A stretch of 64,000 bases of DNA, taken from positions 37,262,001 through 37,326,000 of the forward strand of contig OX597840.1 of the NCBI GenBank assembly GCA_951406725.2, in the 5' to 3' direction. This document shows, piece after piece, positions 12,034 to 26,935 of the stretch. Numbering within the stretch: the stretch's first letter is position 1; each line of letters opens with the position of its first letter. The position numbers were made by a program, and so were the translations under genes. The notes beneath the pieces are model-generated. The model saw only the letters and a program-made list of their open reading frames with translations. It was not told where the DNA came from and did not search any database. The stretch is from Octopus vulgaris (Eukaryota).

Positions 12034-12480
12034 TTCATGATTCAGTGCAGCCATGAGATAGAGAATAGGAAGCCAGACATAGAAAACATGACAGAGAATA
12101 GGAAGCCGGAAAGAGAAGAAACTATGCTGGATTATAGATATAGCACGCCCAGCTGACAACGATAAGGAAGAAAGGAAGAACAAAAGTCGAGAGATATGAC
12201 AGGTTAGCTTGGGAAGTTAAGCTGTTGCGGTCGATGAAAAAGGTGGTAGTAATACCAATAGTAGTCGGAGCCCTTGGAACAGTGAGCAAAAATCTCGAGA
12301 AGTACGTTGAACAAATAGGGGCTGCAATAAGAGTGGAGCACTTGCAGAAAACAGCACTGCTTGGAACCACTCAAATACTCTGGAAGGTGCTCGAAAAATG
12401 AGAGGTGTTACCTTAGTTCACTGGTAGTGAACAGCTGACACCGTAGTAAATCTCCAGCGTTAGAAGCTGAGCAAAAGCAA
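12034..12480 (+). mobile_element. 5'-truncated R4/Dong-clade non-LTR retrotransposon (restriction-like endonuclease C-terminus and 3' UTR)
   Basis: FMIQCSHEIENRKPDI...IIDIARPAD...YDRLAWEVK...VIPIVVGALGTV...LQKTALLGTTQILWKVLEK*. Flanked by (TAA)n upstream and (TAC)n(TAA)n downstream. Confidence 0.85.
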
Positions 12481-12561
12481 TACTACTACTACTACTACTA
12501 CTAATAATAATAATAATAATGACGATAATGATGATAATAATAATAATGATAATAATAATAA

Positions 12562-12777
12562 TATTTTCGACTATAGGCAAAATGCCTGAAATTTTAGGGA
12601 AAGGGTTAAGTCAATTAAATTGACCCAAGTATTCAACTGGTACTTAACCCATCAATCTTGACTGGATGAAAGGCAAAGCCGACCTCGGCGGAATTTGAAC
12701 TCACAGTTTAAGCACGGACGAAATGCTGCTTAGCATTTTGCCCTTGCGTACTAACGAGTCTACCACCTCGCCGCCTT
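12562..12777 (-). mobile_element. SINE family B
   Basis: ggatgaaaggcaaagccgacctcggcggaatttgaactc...ctcgccgcctt is the reverse complement of the family-B head and centre. Confidence 0.85.
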
Positions 12778-12807
12778 AACAATAATAAATATAAAAATAA
12801 TGGTAAT

Positions 12808-13800
12808 TCTTTCTTTATTGGCCACAAGGGCTGAACACGAAAACATATAGGAAAGTACAAAACACGGGACAAGTGGGTTTTAAATTAGAAAAGGTGTAAA
12901 CAATAAAAAACAAAAACAGTTAACAACAAAGTCTAACAAAATTGCCCCAAAATGGAGGAGTTCCACACAAGGACAACCAGGGCACTCCACACATCCGGCC
13001 ACCCCGACATCCAAGGGAACGCCAGCTATGCACCCCTCTTCCCCTCAACTGCTCCGGCTTACAGATGAATATTCAGAATACGAACGTTCACACGAGTCAT
13101 TTTTGCAACATAATAATAATTAAGGAGACTCTGGAGATGTCGCATCCTCAGCACATATCTCCGCATCATTAACCACGCAATGCCCAGTCCTCCACTCAGC
13201 AGTTGTTCAGAGTAGATGGACTGCCTGACGAGCAAAACATGTCCCTGTCGTAGATAGTAGAAGTGCAAGCGCTCCAACTTTATCGGGCACGAATTGGGGC
13301 AAGGGACGACTGTCAAGTGGTGATAGATGACAGAAGCAATGTATGCATTAGCTACCTCCGGCCGATCCTTCAGGGACAGCTTCCTCTCTTTTCATAGCTG
13401 GCTGAGATTTGCTTTCCTGATCGTCACCTCCCAGTTCTTGTCCACCTAGAAGTCTGGACCAAACCAGACCCCGAGTAATTTAACCGGTCATTCTGTCTAG
13501 CGCCCTTCAGGTGCCGAGCAGTAAAAGAGGGAACGGGGAGGAAATCTTCAGCAGTCACTAGACATGCGAGAGGGACTGTTTTTTTCTTAAATCTTTCAAG
13601 ACGGGCTCCTCCATCTTGTCCAATAATCTTGTCCAAATTATTTCGGGTGTAGGGGCGAATATAGCCCAGCGAGGGGCCAAAGAGACACCGAAATTCCGTG
13701 GCAGGTTCCAGGTGTTTCTATTAACAACTTCGAACAGAATGTAAACCGAAAAGACGACACCAAACGGGTGTAAAATGTTTTCAAAAGGACTTAATTGAAG
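12808..13800 (-). mobile_element. Decayed LINE 3' portion, possibly Tx1/L1-like
   Basis: Complex GC-richer block with broken minus-strand ORFs ending VAKMTRVNVRILNIHL*, a T-rich 3' UTR and AATAAA at the end. The clade is tentative. Confidence 0.5.
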
Positions 13801-13956
13801 CGTTCGAAAACACATCCGATGTAGTTTGCAGCAAAAATAATAATGATAATAATAATAATAATAAGAGGAAGAAAGAGAGGAAGAATACATTTATACACAC
13901 ACACACATATATTTACACAGTAGAGAGACAGATAAACACAAGTACACATATTTAGG

Positions 13957-13957
<1 letters not shown>

Positions 13958-14011
<54 letters not shown>

Positions 14012-14022
14012 TATGTATACAC

Positions 14023-14053
<31 letters not shown>

Positions 14054-14235
14054 CACACGCATATATGTTTATATTTATAAATATATATATATATATGTGT
14101 GTGTATACATATACATATATATATATATATATATACCCAAACACACTTATATACGAAAGCATATTTATACAGATACACAGATGTATATACGTGTATATAT
14201 ACATACATATATACATGTATATACGCACACACACA

Positions 14236-14295
<60 letters not shown>
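13958..14295. repeat. (TA)n/(TG)n compound microsatellite
   Basis: Read directly. Confidence 0.95.
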
Positions 14296-14605
14296 ATGTT
14301 TATGCATATTTTAAGATCTTATTTATTTTTCTGTAATTCAATTTCGCGTTGCCTCATTTTGTCATTAGGTTATGCAATGAATCTTGATAAACAGAGTAGA
14401 AATTATATACACACCCTTTGATAAATAAGGGAGATGATTAGCTGTGGCATCGTTATGAATTTTATCATGCAGGTTTTAACAAACAATGACACAGACGTAC
14501 ATATTATATTCACACATGTTCATAATTATTCAATATCAAGTACATATATGAATGTATACATACATAGGCGTGTGTGGGCGTGTATTTAGATGTATATATG
14601 TATAT

Positions 14606-14651
<46 letters not shown>

Positions 14652-14756
14652 TTCTATACACACATAGAGAGGGAAAGAGAGATAAATAGATCGAGAGATA
14701 GATAGAAGGAGAGATAAATGGAGAGATACGTACATACATAGAAAGATGAGAGGAAG

Positions 14757-14815
<59 letters not shown>
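14757..14815. repeat. (GATA)n tetranucleotide microsatellite
   Basis: Read directly. Confidence 0.95.
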
Positions 14816-15502
14816 TAGATAGACAAAAAATAGATAGCCAAACAGATAGACGGGCATATAGATAATGAATAGATATATAAATCGAGAGATAGAGAGAGAG
14901 AAAAGGAGAGAGAGAGAGAGAGAGAGAGAGTGTAAGAGATAGCTAGACAAATAAAAATCGTTTATCTTTTATTTGAGTCAGTCATTAGACTGCTGCCATC
15001 CTGGGGCACCGCATTGCACAATTGTAGTCGAATGTATCGAACATAATCCTTGTTATTTCTTTCTCATACACAATGCGCTTGCAAATAGTTTCCCCGTCTG
15101 TCATATTCGCTCAGAAGGCTTTGGACGCCTCGGGGTTCGAGTAAGAGTCACTTGCATCAAATGTCGCGTAAGATTGAACTTCATGCTACGTGGTTTCAAT
15201 GCGAACATAATGTTAGAATATAGGACATTTTGCAGCGCTTTCTGCTCTGTGCGTAAGTATAAAATAGCTCTAGGTACATGTCCGTTGGGTGAGAGACAAA
15301 CTGCGATTAAAACAATACCATGTTAGTTGTAAACGTATAACCATGTTAGTTATAAATACATAATGTCTTTTCCAAACGATGGGATGTTCACAGCTGGAAT
15401 GTCTTTATTAATAAGACTGCCGGAAGAACACTTAGCTGGATCGCAAGAACACGAATAACAACGATGACTTGGCATGAAACAGTGACGTATATCTATTTAC
15501 AT

Positions 15503-15560
<58 letters not shown>

Positions 15561-15562
<2 letters not shown>

Positions 15563-15756
15563 TAAATTAGAAAAAAACCCACCTTTTATCAATTCAATAA
15601 TGAAAAATTAAATTATACCATTTAGAATAATTACATCTTATAGAAAGATTAAATATAAGATAAAACATATAGTTGTAATTAAGTTATGTGCAAAAAAAAA
15701 CGTATATATTTGGTAGAATAATTGAATTGATAAAAGGTGTATTTTTCTAATTTATA
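15561..15756. mobile_element. MITE-like element with ~36-bp terminal inverted repeats in (TA)n
   Basis: tataaattagaaaaaaacccaccttttatcaattcaat ... attgaattgataaaaggtgtatttttctaatttata. Confidence 0.75.
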
Positions 15757-16386
15757 TATATATATTATATTTTGTGAAATTTGATTTAGTATTACTAAAT
15801 TGAATTTTTCCCTGTAAGTTTGGAATAATATTCCCTCATATTATATATATATATATATACATGTATATATCTTTCCTCTCCTTCTTCTTAGTTAATTCTT
15901 CCTGACACCTTGGACAACGTAGTTTGTTGAAGATGCACAAAACCATCAGATGGACTCAACGGAGTTGGCTGTGATCATATCTTAGATCGGCCCCGGCCTT
16001 GGATTAAAGAACACCAGTAACAATAGTGGGGATGTTAGTTTCCTATGTAGGCACAACATTTGTTAGAAATGCAACAGCTTCAATTATTTGTTTACCTTCT
16101 AAAGCTAGAAGAAGTACACCTGTGGCAAGGTAGATCTAGATCTGCCAAAAGTTCAAGGCATGATGATCATGACTGGATTGCCTTGACTGTAGATATCTTC
16201 AACGAGGCCTGATTGGAGGCTATACAACAACGTGTACAATAACACTTTATTTCATACAATGGAGGTTTCTCAGGCAGAATAAAACTGCAGATCAAGCAAG
16301 AGGCTATTTTAGTAAGGAAACACACTAGTATAGGAATATAGGGTTTTGGGGGTCCTCACACACTCCCAGCTGCGGGTGAGGCCTCG

Positions 16387-16431
<45 letters not shown>

Positions 16432-17000
16432 AATACCTTTTTGCATATAAACTTGTACAGATATATACACGTTGATACTTTCACACACACACAAAAATAC
16501 ACAAGCACTTTCAAATATACACACAAATAATACACTAACAAACGAACCAATGAAGAGAAGCTCAGGTATATATACACACCATACATGAAGGAAGAAGTTC
16601 AGACATACATAATCACACGCACACAAGTACAAACATATGCAAACACATACATTCTCATGAAGAAATTCATAGAACCACAAACTGTATTTGATTCAGACCC
16701 GGCATTTTTAACACCCAAGCCCACTTTATCTTCAATTTAACGAGATCGATAACATTATATCAGATGAAGAGCTGAGATCGATATAACACACACACACACA
16801 CATTATTACAGCCATGCCCCAACATGACCGTAGTCCAATAACTACAAATCACCCATATATATATATATATATATATATATGATTAGGACTAAATTATTTT
16901 GAAGACGTGAAGGAGCAATATTTTATAAAATTTCATTTTATAAAACCACCTTTCTTAAAAGCCTATAATTTGATAGTCTGTAATGGAAGCGGCTCGGCAC

Positions 17001-17035
<35 letters not shown>

Positions 17036-18334
17036 TTAATAAATATTAATGATTATTATTATTATTATTATTATTGCTATTTTTTCTTTAGTAATCGAAT
17101 TTTTCTTTTTTATAGTTTTTAAATTTTTTTTTAAATGTTGCCCATAATTCCCTGTCTCTATAATTTCCTATTTTATTTCTGCTTCGAAATTTCCTTTCTA
17201 CACCATTCGTCTCCATTTCCATAAATACCGCAAATTTCCATGTTAAATACCATGTTTTTCGTTTGTGGTTCTTGTTTTTCATTACTTTAACATTTTATAT
17301 GACTATTGCTGATGCTACTACGACTACTACTGCAGCTGCTACGATTACCACTACTACCGTGACTACTACAGCCACCACCACTACTACTACTGCTACCACC
17401 TCCATTTCAACCACTACCACTACTACAATCATCATCATTATAATAGAAATTTCTAATTCATTCCTGACCTTACATTTTTTCAGAATTTTAAATAAAAACC
17501 ATGGCAACGATAATATTTTCAAATAGATCGAACGCCAAGACCGAATTTTAAATTAAATTTTCTAATATAGTTTGATTTTATGTACATGCATAATTTTAGT
17601 GGTTTTTGTCTTTTCGAATTGTCATTTTTTTTTCTTAATTCTCATTCAAAAATTTCCTTTCAAAACAGAAACGATTTAAAAGTCCTTGAAGAAAAAAAAA
17701 AGTCCGCACACTAATGTTATTTAAGTAATTACTTTTAATTTTAAAGAAAAAGAATTAAGATGTAGTTTTTATATTTATTTTCATTCCTTTGTTGTTGATG
17801 ATGTTATTTTAGTGATTAGCTTCGTTATTAATTATTTTTTGAAGTTTTATAGGAAACAACAGCAATTTACGTCGTCAGACTTAAAAGATGTTCAAGCTAT
17901 CTCCCCCTACTTGCTCTTCTTAGTTGAAGGAGTCAAAACAGGAGCAGCTGTTTGAAGGTGAACATCAGATGGGCCGCAGACCGCATTTCAGTTACTGAGA
18001 AGTTTGCTAGCAGCCAAGAATCTCTTCTTAAAACGTTTTCGAATTTGCTATATTTGTAGGACTTTTTGCAGGTTTTGGTTACCTGGAAGTGTTTTATGCT
18101 GTAATGTGATTGCTTTTCATTTATGTACACTGATGTAAGTAGGGGATACAAACAGTTACGTTTATTTGTAAACGTACTATATGTTCCCGGCAATGGACGA
18201 ACGTAGACAAATGAAAATTGGGCCATTACAAAATGAAGTCTCTGATACAGACACTCGATTGGAATACAACAGAAGAAAAATAAGGCAAACGCTTGCTTCT
18301 CACCTTATGGCCACAAAATACTCCATTCTGTACA

Positions 18335-18693
18335 TCTCTCTATATATAAACGGCAGTTTGTCTGTGTGTGTTTCTGTGTGTCTGTTAGGTTGTACCCTCA
18401 CCCTGACCACGGCTTTCAACCGATTCTGATGAAACTTGACACACACATAGCCCAATGTCATAATTCAAAACTAACGCAGCGAAAATTTTGAGAAGTTCTC
18501 CCAGTTCTGAAAAAAATCGATATATTCGACATGGGGTCGAGAATCAGAAACACAAACCACAGATGCAACTCGACCTTTTTAACTAAAAAAAAATTTACCA
18601 TCATTTTTTTCCCATTTTTTGGCTATAACTCTCTAAAAATGCTTTATAGTTATTTCCCTTACAAACCCGAGCAACGCCGGGTGATACTGCTAG
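18335..18693 (+). mobile_element. Non-autonomous Helitron
   Basis: 5' A|TC, subterminal hairpin cccgagcaacgccggg, 3' CTAG|T, no TSD. Confidence 0.85.
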
Positions 18694-19029
18694 TACAATA
18701 ATAAAAACCATGAGCTGTTTAAAACGTTTCTGTAAGACTCTAAGCCGAAACATTGCTACCACACCTAGAATGATCAGTCTTCTAATGATACGTTTACGGT
18801 GGAATAAACAATGAAGATCACGTAGCTGATAAATGTACTGCCACTCACAAACACACACCAGTTTCTGGTCCCAAGCTGGGTTGCTTCTTCGCACTGTCTT
18901 TCAGTGCCTTCTACTACTTCAAGATGGCTTGTCACGTGCCACCACCATACATGCACACATAATTCTTATTTTCCCCTCCTTCTTTACCTCTCCAATATTG
19001 TGCCTTCAGCTGATACCACACTAATCAAC

Positions 19030-19600
19030 TAAATCTAGAGCCACTTTGCTTCAACCCTTCAGTCCCTATAGAAAAAGACGGTCGGCGACTATTCTCCACT
19101 CTTATCGAATCTGGACTGTTTTAAGTGCAGGAATATGGGCCAGTCGTTCATTAAATTGTGGGTAGTTTTTTTCTCACCCAGGTTCTGATTGTTTTGTATT
19201 GTCATCAATGTTTCCATAACTTTGCATTTTTACAATAGGGGTGTTCACGCTACGAAAATCCATTTTCACATCTGGAAAGAGATACTCCAAAATCGTTTGG
19301 CGACAATCCTCCGAAGTGTTTACGTGGAAAACCATATCGGAAGCTTGTACTCCGCTAGCAGGGCGCTCAATATCATTGCGGCATACAGGCCATTGCATCT
19401 CAACATGAACAGGGCCCTGTGATAGTCACATTAACAGCTACCACAAATATATTTTCTCCAGTATTCCGACTCCATTGAAATCCCTCCTTGAACACGTTCC
19501 TCCAATGACCGTGGGCCTAAGACTATTCGTAAGGACCTTTAGATATGGTGACTCACTGTATTTGGAGGACCTTAGGGAGAGGGATACAAACAATTTCTTC
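19030..19600 (-). mobile_element. Decayed non-LTR reverse transcriptase fragment (RTE-like)
   Basis: Across frameshifts: LS..ALFML (cf. LSPxLF), YA.(N)DI.ALLAE (cf. YADDIALLAE), KCKVM. Confidence 0.5.
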
Positions 19601-19779
19601 AAATCGAAATAATAATACAGAAACCTCAATTGCTTGAAAAGATACATAGAAAACAAGGCACAAAAAATAATGTAGGGATCTGGATAAAAACGAGTGAAAT
19701 ATTATTGACATGAAGTTAAACAACAACAAAACTAAGTAGAAAGTATCTTGGTTGTTGGAAGCACAGGATAGAAACATCA

Positions 19780-20552
19780 GGACATGCACATGGTCACTCG
19801 GACAGCCATTGTGACTAGCTACGCTGATAATACAAAATCATCACAGGCAAAAAAATTATCGACGTTGCAATCTTCAACGGGACTTGAATTCGATATTCAA
19901 GTGAACCGAATGATACAACATTCAGTTTAATGTTGGAAAATTTCAAGCACTGCACTATCAAAGCACAAATGTACTACATCCTGCATATACAAGACTCGAA
20001 GCTGCTGCAATCCCAGAGTCACAGGCAGAAGAAGACTTAAGGGTCAGTATGTGCAATGATGCATCAATTTATATACGCATTATCAAGATGGCAACAAAGT
20101 GCAGACAACTGGCAGGATGGATACTAAAGGCCTCCAAGTCAAGAGACCAAGAAACTATGTTGGCCCTATGGAGAACATTTGTTCTTAGCCGCCTGGACAA
20201 CTGCTCCCAGTTATGGTCACCTCATAGTGCCAAAGTAACAGCGGAGCTTGAAGCAGTCCAACACCACTAAACTAAAAAGATTGAAACAGTGCAATGGATG
20301 AGCTATAGGGATATGCTGAGAAAACTGCAAATTTATTCCCTGGAACGAAGGCGTTACAGATATGTAATAATGTATATATGAAAAACTCTAGAACGGCTAG
20401 TATCTAATTTCGGCATTGAGTGTTATACAAATGCTAGAACTGGCTGCCATTGTATTGTACCAAAGGTACCATCTACTCCGTCTAGATTCAGGACCAGGTA
20501 CTACAATAACCCAGGGTTCAAAAGCCCACAACTCTCCAATGCCCTGTCGGAA
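19780..20552 (+). mobile_element. CR1-clade LINE reverse transcriptase C-terminal fragment
   Basis: SYADNTK, IQFNVGKFQAL, EEDLRV, LWRTFVLSRLDNCSQLWSPH, LEAVQ, LRKLQIYSLERRR; in-frame stops. Confidence 0.9.
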
Positions 20553-20570
20553 TGAAAGCGATACACCTTT

Positions 20571-20916
20571 TGTCGTATCCCTTGATAATTTGGGATTCAA
20601 TGTTGTTGTCCATCATTTGTTTCACCAGAAGGCGTGTTTCATTGCATAGTGTGGGTGCGTTTAGGTTGCGTATGAGGATGACAGGGAAATCGAGTTTTGA
20701 GTGAAGTTCATAGAGGAGCTTGGGAGTTGAGAAACTCTGCTGGAAAGTGTGTAACCTGATCGTGTGTATGTGTGTGTGTGTGTGTGCCCGTGTTTGCGTA
20801 TAATAAATCCCATTTTCCAGAGTGCTGTTACACGTTGCTGGTTAATTCGACACAATTCCAGTCCACGCATGCTCCATAATATCTCGTGAGTAGCGACCGA
20901 CGACATGGTTGCTGAG
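20571..20916 (+). mobile_element. LTR-retrotransposon LTR (20571-20905) plus putative primer-binding site
   Basis: Termini TGTCGT...ACGACA (6-bp inverted repeat), AATAAA at 20802-20807, TGG immediately after the terminal CA. Confidence 0.6.
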
Positions 20917-23900
20917 TGCAATGTTCTGAAGCCCAGCTTCTGAGTATTATCTTGCTATTTCTGGACTCCCGATTTCCTTCCATTTTCTCGTACACCTTTT
21001 CTTAATATCTTTTCTAAACAACTTACTATTCTGCATATTCTAATACACACACACACTCGCTTTATTTCGTTCGATCTTGTATAACATTCTTTTAACTTAT
21101 TCTTTCTATCATTTCAATTTTCTTTCACATCCTTTTATCTCATATTTTTATTCCTTTCCTACTCACATTGTATTTCTCTCCCTTGGTAATACATATCTAC
21201 ATACATACATCCATATAAATATATTCACGATGTCACTATTTCTATCCTTTTACCAGCTTCCCTTTTTTTGGGGGGGGGGGTCTCCACTGCCTTTCTCTCT
21301 CTCTAATATATTTATCTGTCTTCCTAACCTTCTCACTGTCATATTATCCGCCTTTGTGTCTCCCATTTTCTCTCTCTCTCTCTGTCCCTCATTCCTCTCC
21401 CTCGTGTAAATCTAATTTTCCATCGATCACCCATAATGTTGCATAAAAGAACAAAAGAAAAAAATAAACATCGAGGGAAAAAAATTGAAACACAAGAAGC
21501 GAGGAATGATAAAGCAACAGTGAAACAAAAATGGAAGAACAGAGCAACAACAACAACAGCAACAACAACAACGGCTAGAAAAATCTTTAGAAACAAAAAA
21601 AAGCTACAAATATGAAAAATATAAAATGGCAGAATTTTAGTGAACATTGAAAAGACATTTGTAAAAATAAGAAAGGGAAAAAAATCTCGCTGAACCTTGC
21701 CTCACTTTTGCTCTCGTTTGGGACTGATTATAACATCTTCAGTTGCCGGAGGGGGGTCAATGGTTTTATTTTTTTAATTTTTTTTTTGCTTTCGTTTGGT
21801 TTATTTGTTTCTTTTTTTTTAAATATATTTCCATCTTTATGGCGATCAGCAATCACATGTTAATATAATCAGATCAAAAACAATATTTTAACTCTTCTGT
21901 CAAATGTTCAGAATCCTCATATTATTTTTTTTTATTCTTCCTCCAGTAATTTACATTTTACCATCATCATCATCACCACCACCACAATCATCAACAAAAA
22001 CATCATCATCATCATCATCACCACCACAATCATCAACAAAAAAATCATCATCATCACCATCATCATCTGTATTAGTGGTTGTATTTGCCGTATGGCTTTC
22101 GCAATAGTGTTTTTTTATGTAGTTTTCGTTCTGGCTTTTTCCTTGTGATGTTGATTGTACATGCTTTTTTCCCCCCACCGTGTTTTCTGTATAATTTTTA
22201 TTTGTTTCTGGATTATTTTTGTTCCAAATTTTGTAACGGTTATATTTGCAGTTTTGCTGGGTTTGGTAATGGTTGTGTACGAATGGTTTTCGTTACAGCT
22301 GTGATTATGGTTGTTGTTTTTTATGATAGTTACGGTATCGTTTTTCATTACAACTATGGTTATGTTTTTTCAATTTATGTGAGAATTGTTTTTTTGTCTT
22401 TATGATTTTCGTTATCGTTTGCTCTTTTATCTTCTTCATTTTCGTTCATTTAATTTATTTGTTTTCTGAAATAATTTTCTTGTTTTTCATTTTTGCTCCT
22501 TTCGTTTTTGGTTCGTATGGATATTTCAAAATACGATCACACCAGCTCAATGCTACAATGCCATGGTTACTGACATTACCGTTTTGATACATATATTTGT
22601 TTATATTTATATATATTTTTTAGAATATTATTGAATTGTTAAAAATGTTGAGATAATCTGCTCTTGAGTAGAGGAAATTTGAGTGTTCGCAACATTTATT
22701 ACAACAAGGATAATAACTATAAAATACAGCTACAAAAATTAGCAACAACGACATACATAACAAAAAAGAACAACAAAAAGAGTCACATTATTTAACAACT
22801 ACATCAGTACGGCAGCCATAATAACAACAAGCAGAGCAAAAATTATTAACGTTCTTTATAACATCAACAATCAGAACAACAACAAAATTAATAACATTCT
22901 TTACATGAACAATCGAAAGAATAACAAAATGAACAACAATATCCACCAAGTAGAGAAAACTGGCACCAATTCTTCACAACATTACAACGATTTTATGGAA
23001 AATAACGAAAAAAGCGTAATAAACGAAATAAAAAGAAAAACTATGTCAGTTACTCAACGAAAAAATGATTGTAACGATTTACACCTCTCAGTCGCAATAT
23101 AACATTCATATTTTGACAGAAAGGTTAATTAAAATGAAACATTACTAACTGTAATTAGTGGGGACTTCCAGGATTACGAAGATTGGTAGCAATGAATTAT
23201 GAGAACAGTATTTTCCAAAAATATGCTGAACGCTCGAGCGTCTGACAGACCACAGTGCAGCCATGTTTTCAGCGCTTTGCGATTCGAGATCGATGTTGCT
23301 TTACATATTTCTGGGACGGATATTCAATGTAGCTGTTATATAATGGGGTGGGGTACATTGTCTGTCTGTGTGTCTGCCTATTTCCGTCTCTCAATCGATG
23401 ATTTTTGAACTCAGCATTCTGCGTAATTGAGTTCCTACTGCATTCACTTGTCCCCTTTTGATGGATTTCTGAAAAAAACCATTCGATTAGGGACGAAATG
23501 AATTTAGAAACTTAAGCAAGAACGCTGAATGCTACAGATATAAACTTCACTGATTAGGCAATTAGACAGCTACAATTATAAGTATAATTATATTAGATTA
23601 TAATTGTTTCTAATTTTGTGACAAGGCCAGCAATTTTAGGCAAAGTTGAGCTAAGCAAGATTTGAGCTCACAACATAAAGGTCCTTGAAAAACACTTGAT
23701 CATTTAGTCCAGCGTTCTAATGAGTCTAACTATTCTTTGCCTCAGTGATATATCATGTGACCACGCGATGATAGACCAGACTATAGGATGCTGTTATACA
23801 GTGTTGGTCACAATCGTTTCATCTTTCGAATGATGCACCCGACTAGCTACAGGAAGTAGCTACAATGAAACACAATAAAAAAAAATTCTAATTTTGGAAT

Positions 23901-24879
23901 ACAGAAACAAATTTTGAGGGAAAAGTGGAATGAAGGATATGCAATTTTAACAACCCTGATAGGATGAAATGCAATTGTAACCTTTGGAGAATTTTAACTC
24001 AGAATTTAAACTGTCAGAAGAAATCCGCTGACTTTCGTTCTGTGCGCTAATGGTTCTGAGAAAACAATAGACCGTGCAAGATGTTGATGCTATCAACCAA
24101 ATCTTGAGCCATACATTATTTTTCGAGAGTCCAACAGTGGTTCTAAATAAAGGGGGATATTAACAAAAATGAGGACCCAATTTCGCTGCATGCTATAAAA
24201 GGTAGATTAATTCTCAAATACTTCTACCCACTGTGATTCTCCGTGCAATTGGCGGAATATTAGGGAAAAAACAACAAAAGGGGGATAAACTCAATAATGC
24301 CAACCAATTAGAATTCCTTCGTAAAGAATAAAATTAATAAAAAGTAGTGTTTTTTTCGTCTCTTCAACCGAATTTCCAGTTACCATTTATTAGAAAAGAT
24401 CCTTTCACTAAAACTGTTAACAGCATCTTAACTAATGTCTTTTCCAGCGGAAGGCGTCTCTGCAAAATCTATTCTTTAAGAAAACAACTGGTTCCGACAC
24501 TAATTTTCTAAATGGAAGTAAAATGAATTACCAGAAGGCAAAGGAATAAGAGGCTCATTTTAGACATCGCCATTCCATTACTTTACAATAAAGGTTTGCA
24601 ACACGTTCGATGGAAGACAATAAGTACAGGGGAAAGAAAATCCTCAAAATTAGGAGACAAAAAAAAATTACTTACGAACGGTTTTAAATACGTTCAACTG
24701 TAGCGTATACAAACATTTGTTTCTGTATTGTGTCATACGCTGTGTTAAATTATATATATGTTGGTTTCTTTGTCCTGTTTTTATTCTTTATGTGTACTGT
24801 ATTTTTATTTGTATTGCTTTTACGTCCTGTTCTTGTCACTGTTTTTCTTTTTCTCCAAAAGAATTTTATTTAATTCATT

Positions 24880-25130
24880 TTGCAGGAAGGATTGCTTCGG
24901 CCGGATCGTGTTCTGCCCTTACCTTCGAAACTCGCATTGAGTAGAACCAGGGGCAGCTGATGAAGGGGAATATTCCTTGTATTGTTTGTCTTGTACTCTG
25001 TTTTTTCGTTGTTAAAAAAAGTCCGTTTCCTTGTTTGTTTTTATGTTTTCGTTTCTCGTTGTGTTCTACGTTTATTTGTGCTGTCCTGTACTCATATATT
25101 CATGTATATATACATATAGATGTAGGTATG
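24880..25130 (+). mobile_element. Penelope-type remnant with broken hammerhead motif
   Basis: CTGATGA (24957-24963) plus ggggaa-ta-ttcctt stem but no following GAAA. T-rich tail runs into (TA)n. Confidence 0.35.
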
Positions 25131-25176
25131 TACATATCTGTATGTCTGTATGCATATGTTTTATTTGTTAAATTGT

Positions 25177-25228
<52 letters not shown>

Positions 25229-25829
25229 GTAGATATAGATATTGAAAAATATGCAAAAAGATAGCTCTGTAGGTATGTACGCATGTGTATTTATCGGAAT
25301 CGATGTGCGTATGAATGTATGTATGTGCGTAAGTATATACAGGCGTGTGGATGTCTAACCTACTTGTAATAATCTATGTCGCCATGAAAGGGTGTTATAG
25401 AAATCATTATACGACTTGGCACGCTACAATGTATCACTGTTTCTCTTTTTCTTCGCATCAAACCTCGATAAAATCATTCATTTTGTAAGTAACACGTACG
25501 AGTTTGATTTAATATAAAGAATGTTATTAGAAAGTCGGCCATATTTTATGGGTTCGTCTCTCACTTTTTCTCCCTCTCTCTCTTCTTCCATACTTAATAA
25601 TAGAGATATAAATATCACACAAAAATCGCATATAATTTGAGCTGCCTATTTTATATTCTCGAGACGTCTGCAGCACTACAGTGTTCAGGAAAGTTCGATG
25701 CTGCATTTTAAACGGGAAAATATTTCATTGAGAGACGTCATTTAATTTTCTCCATCGGAAAAGTGAATGTTGTGCCATGTTATTAGTAAAAGAACTAAGA
25801 ACAGCCGCTGCTCGCTTCCAGCCTTCCTT

Positions 25830-26170
25830 TTAACGCCTCTCACTCTTCGTCCCTCCCTCTCTCACTCTTCGACTCTCCTTCTCTCACTCTTTGTCTCTCC
25901 TTCTCTCTCTCTCTTCGTCTTTCCTTCTCTCTCTATTTGTCCCTCTCTCTCTCACTCTTCGACTCTCATTCTCTCACTTCGTCCCTCCCTCTCTCATTCT
26001 TCGTCTCTCATTCTCTCTCACTCTTCGTATCTCCTTCTCTTTCTCTTCATCCCTCCCTCTCTCACTTTTTGTCTCTTCTCTCACTCTTCGTCCCTCCCTC
26101 TCACTCTTCATCCTTCCCTCTCTCACTGTCTCTCTCTCTTTCTTTCTGTCTTCCACTCTTTTTCTCTGCA
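25830..26170. repeat. Pyrimidine-rich degenerate tandem repeat (ctctctcactcttcgtc-like unit)
   Basis: Recurrent ctcactcttcg motif in a C/T tract. Confidence 0.85.
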
Positions 26171-26700
26171 CACACACACACACACACACACAGACACTAT
26201 ATACATATTCACACACACACACGTACTATATACATATTCACACATACACACTCTGCCTACCTACCTACCTACCTTCCTACCTGTCCGTCCTAATAATCCA
26301 ACTGCCCACCTATTCGTCTCTCTTATTGTCTCCCTATTTTGCTATCCACCCACCCACTCAACCACCAAACCACCTCCCTACCATCCACTACCATCCACCA
26401 CCATCCACCTAAGCAGCTCTCTTTCTCTCGTACATCTATCTCGCGGTATTGTTGATCTTGCCACAATGCAGATGTCATAATCAGATTGTATCGTCAAAGA
26501 AAGCTTGTTTGCCATAAGCTCGGTGCATTTTTGGATACGGAGCCTAATGCACAGCAAAGGTGAGCGTCGGTAAGCTCCTTGGTGCGGAGGTCAGATATTC
26601 CTGATCAACGGCTGAATCGCATGGAAAGGAAATGGAAAAGATAAGGAAAGTAAAGGTGACGGGGGTGGGGGAGAAATTAGAAAAATATTATAGGGTAGCT

Positions 26701-26900
26701 AGGAAGAAGAAGAAGACGAGGAAGAGGAAGAAGAAGAGGAAGAATAAGAAGAAGAAGAGGAAGGAGACGAAGAAGAAGAGGAAGGAGACGAAGAAGAAGA
26801 AAAAGAAGAAGAAGAAGAAAAAGAAGGAGACGAGGAAGAAGAAGAAGGAGACGAAGAAGAAGAAGGAGACGAAGAAGAAGAAGAAGAAGAAGAAGAAAAA

Positions 26901-26935
<35 letters not shown>

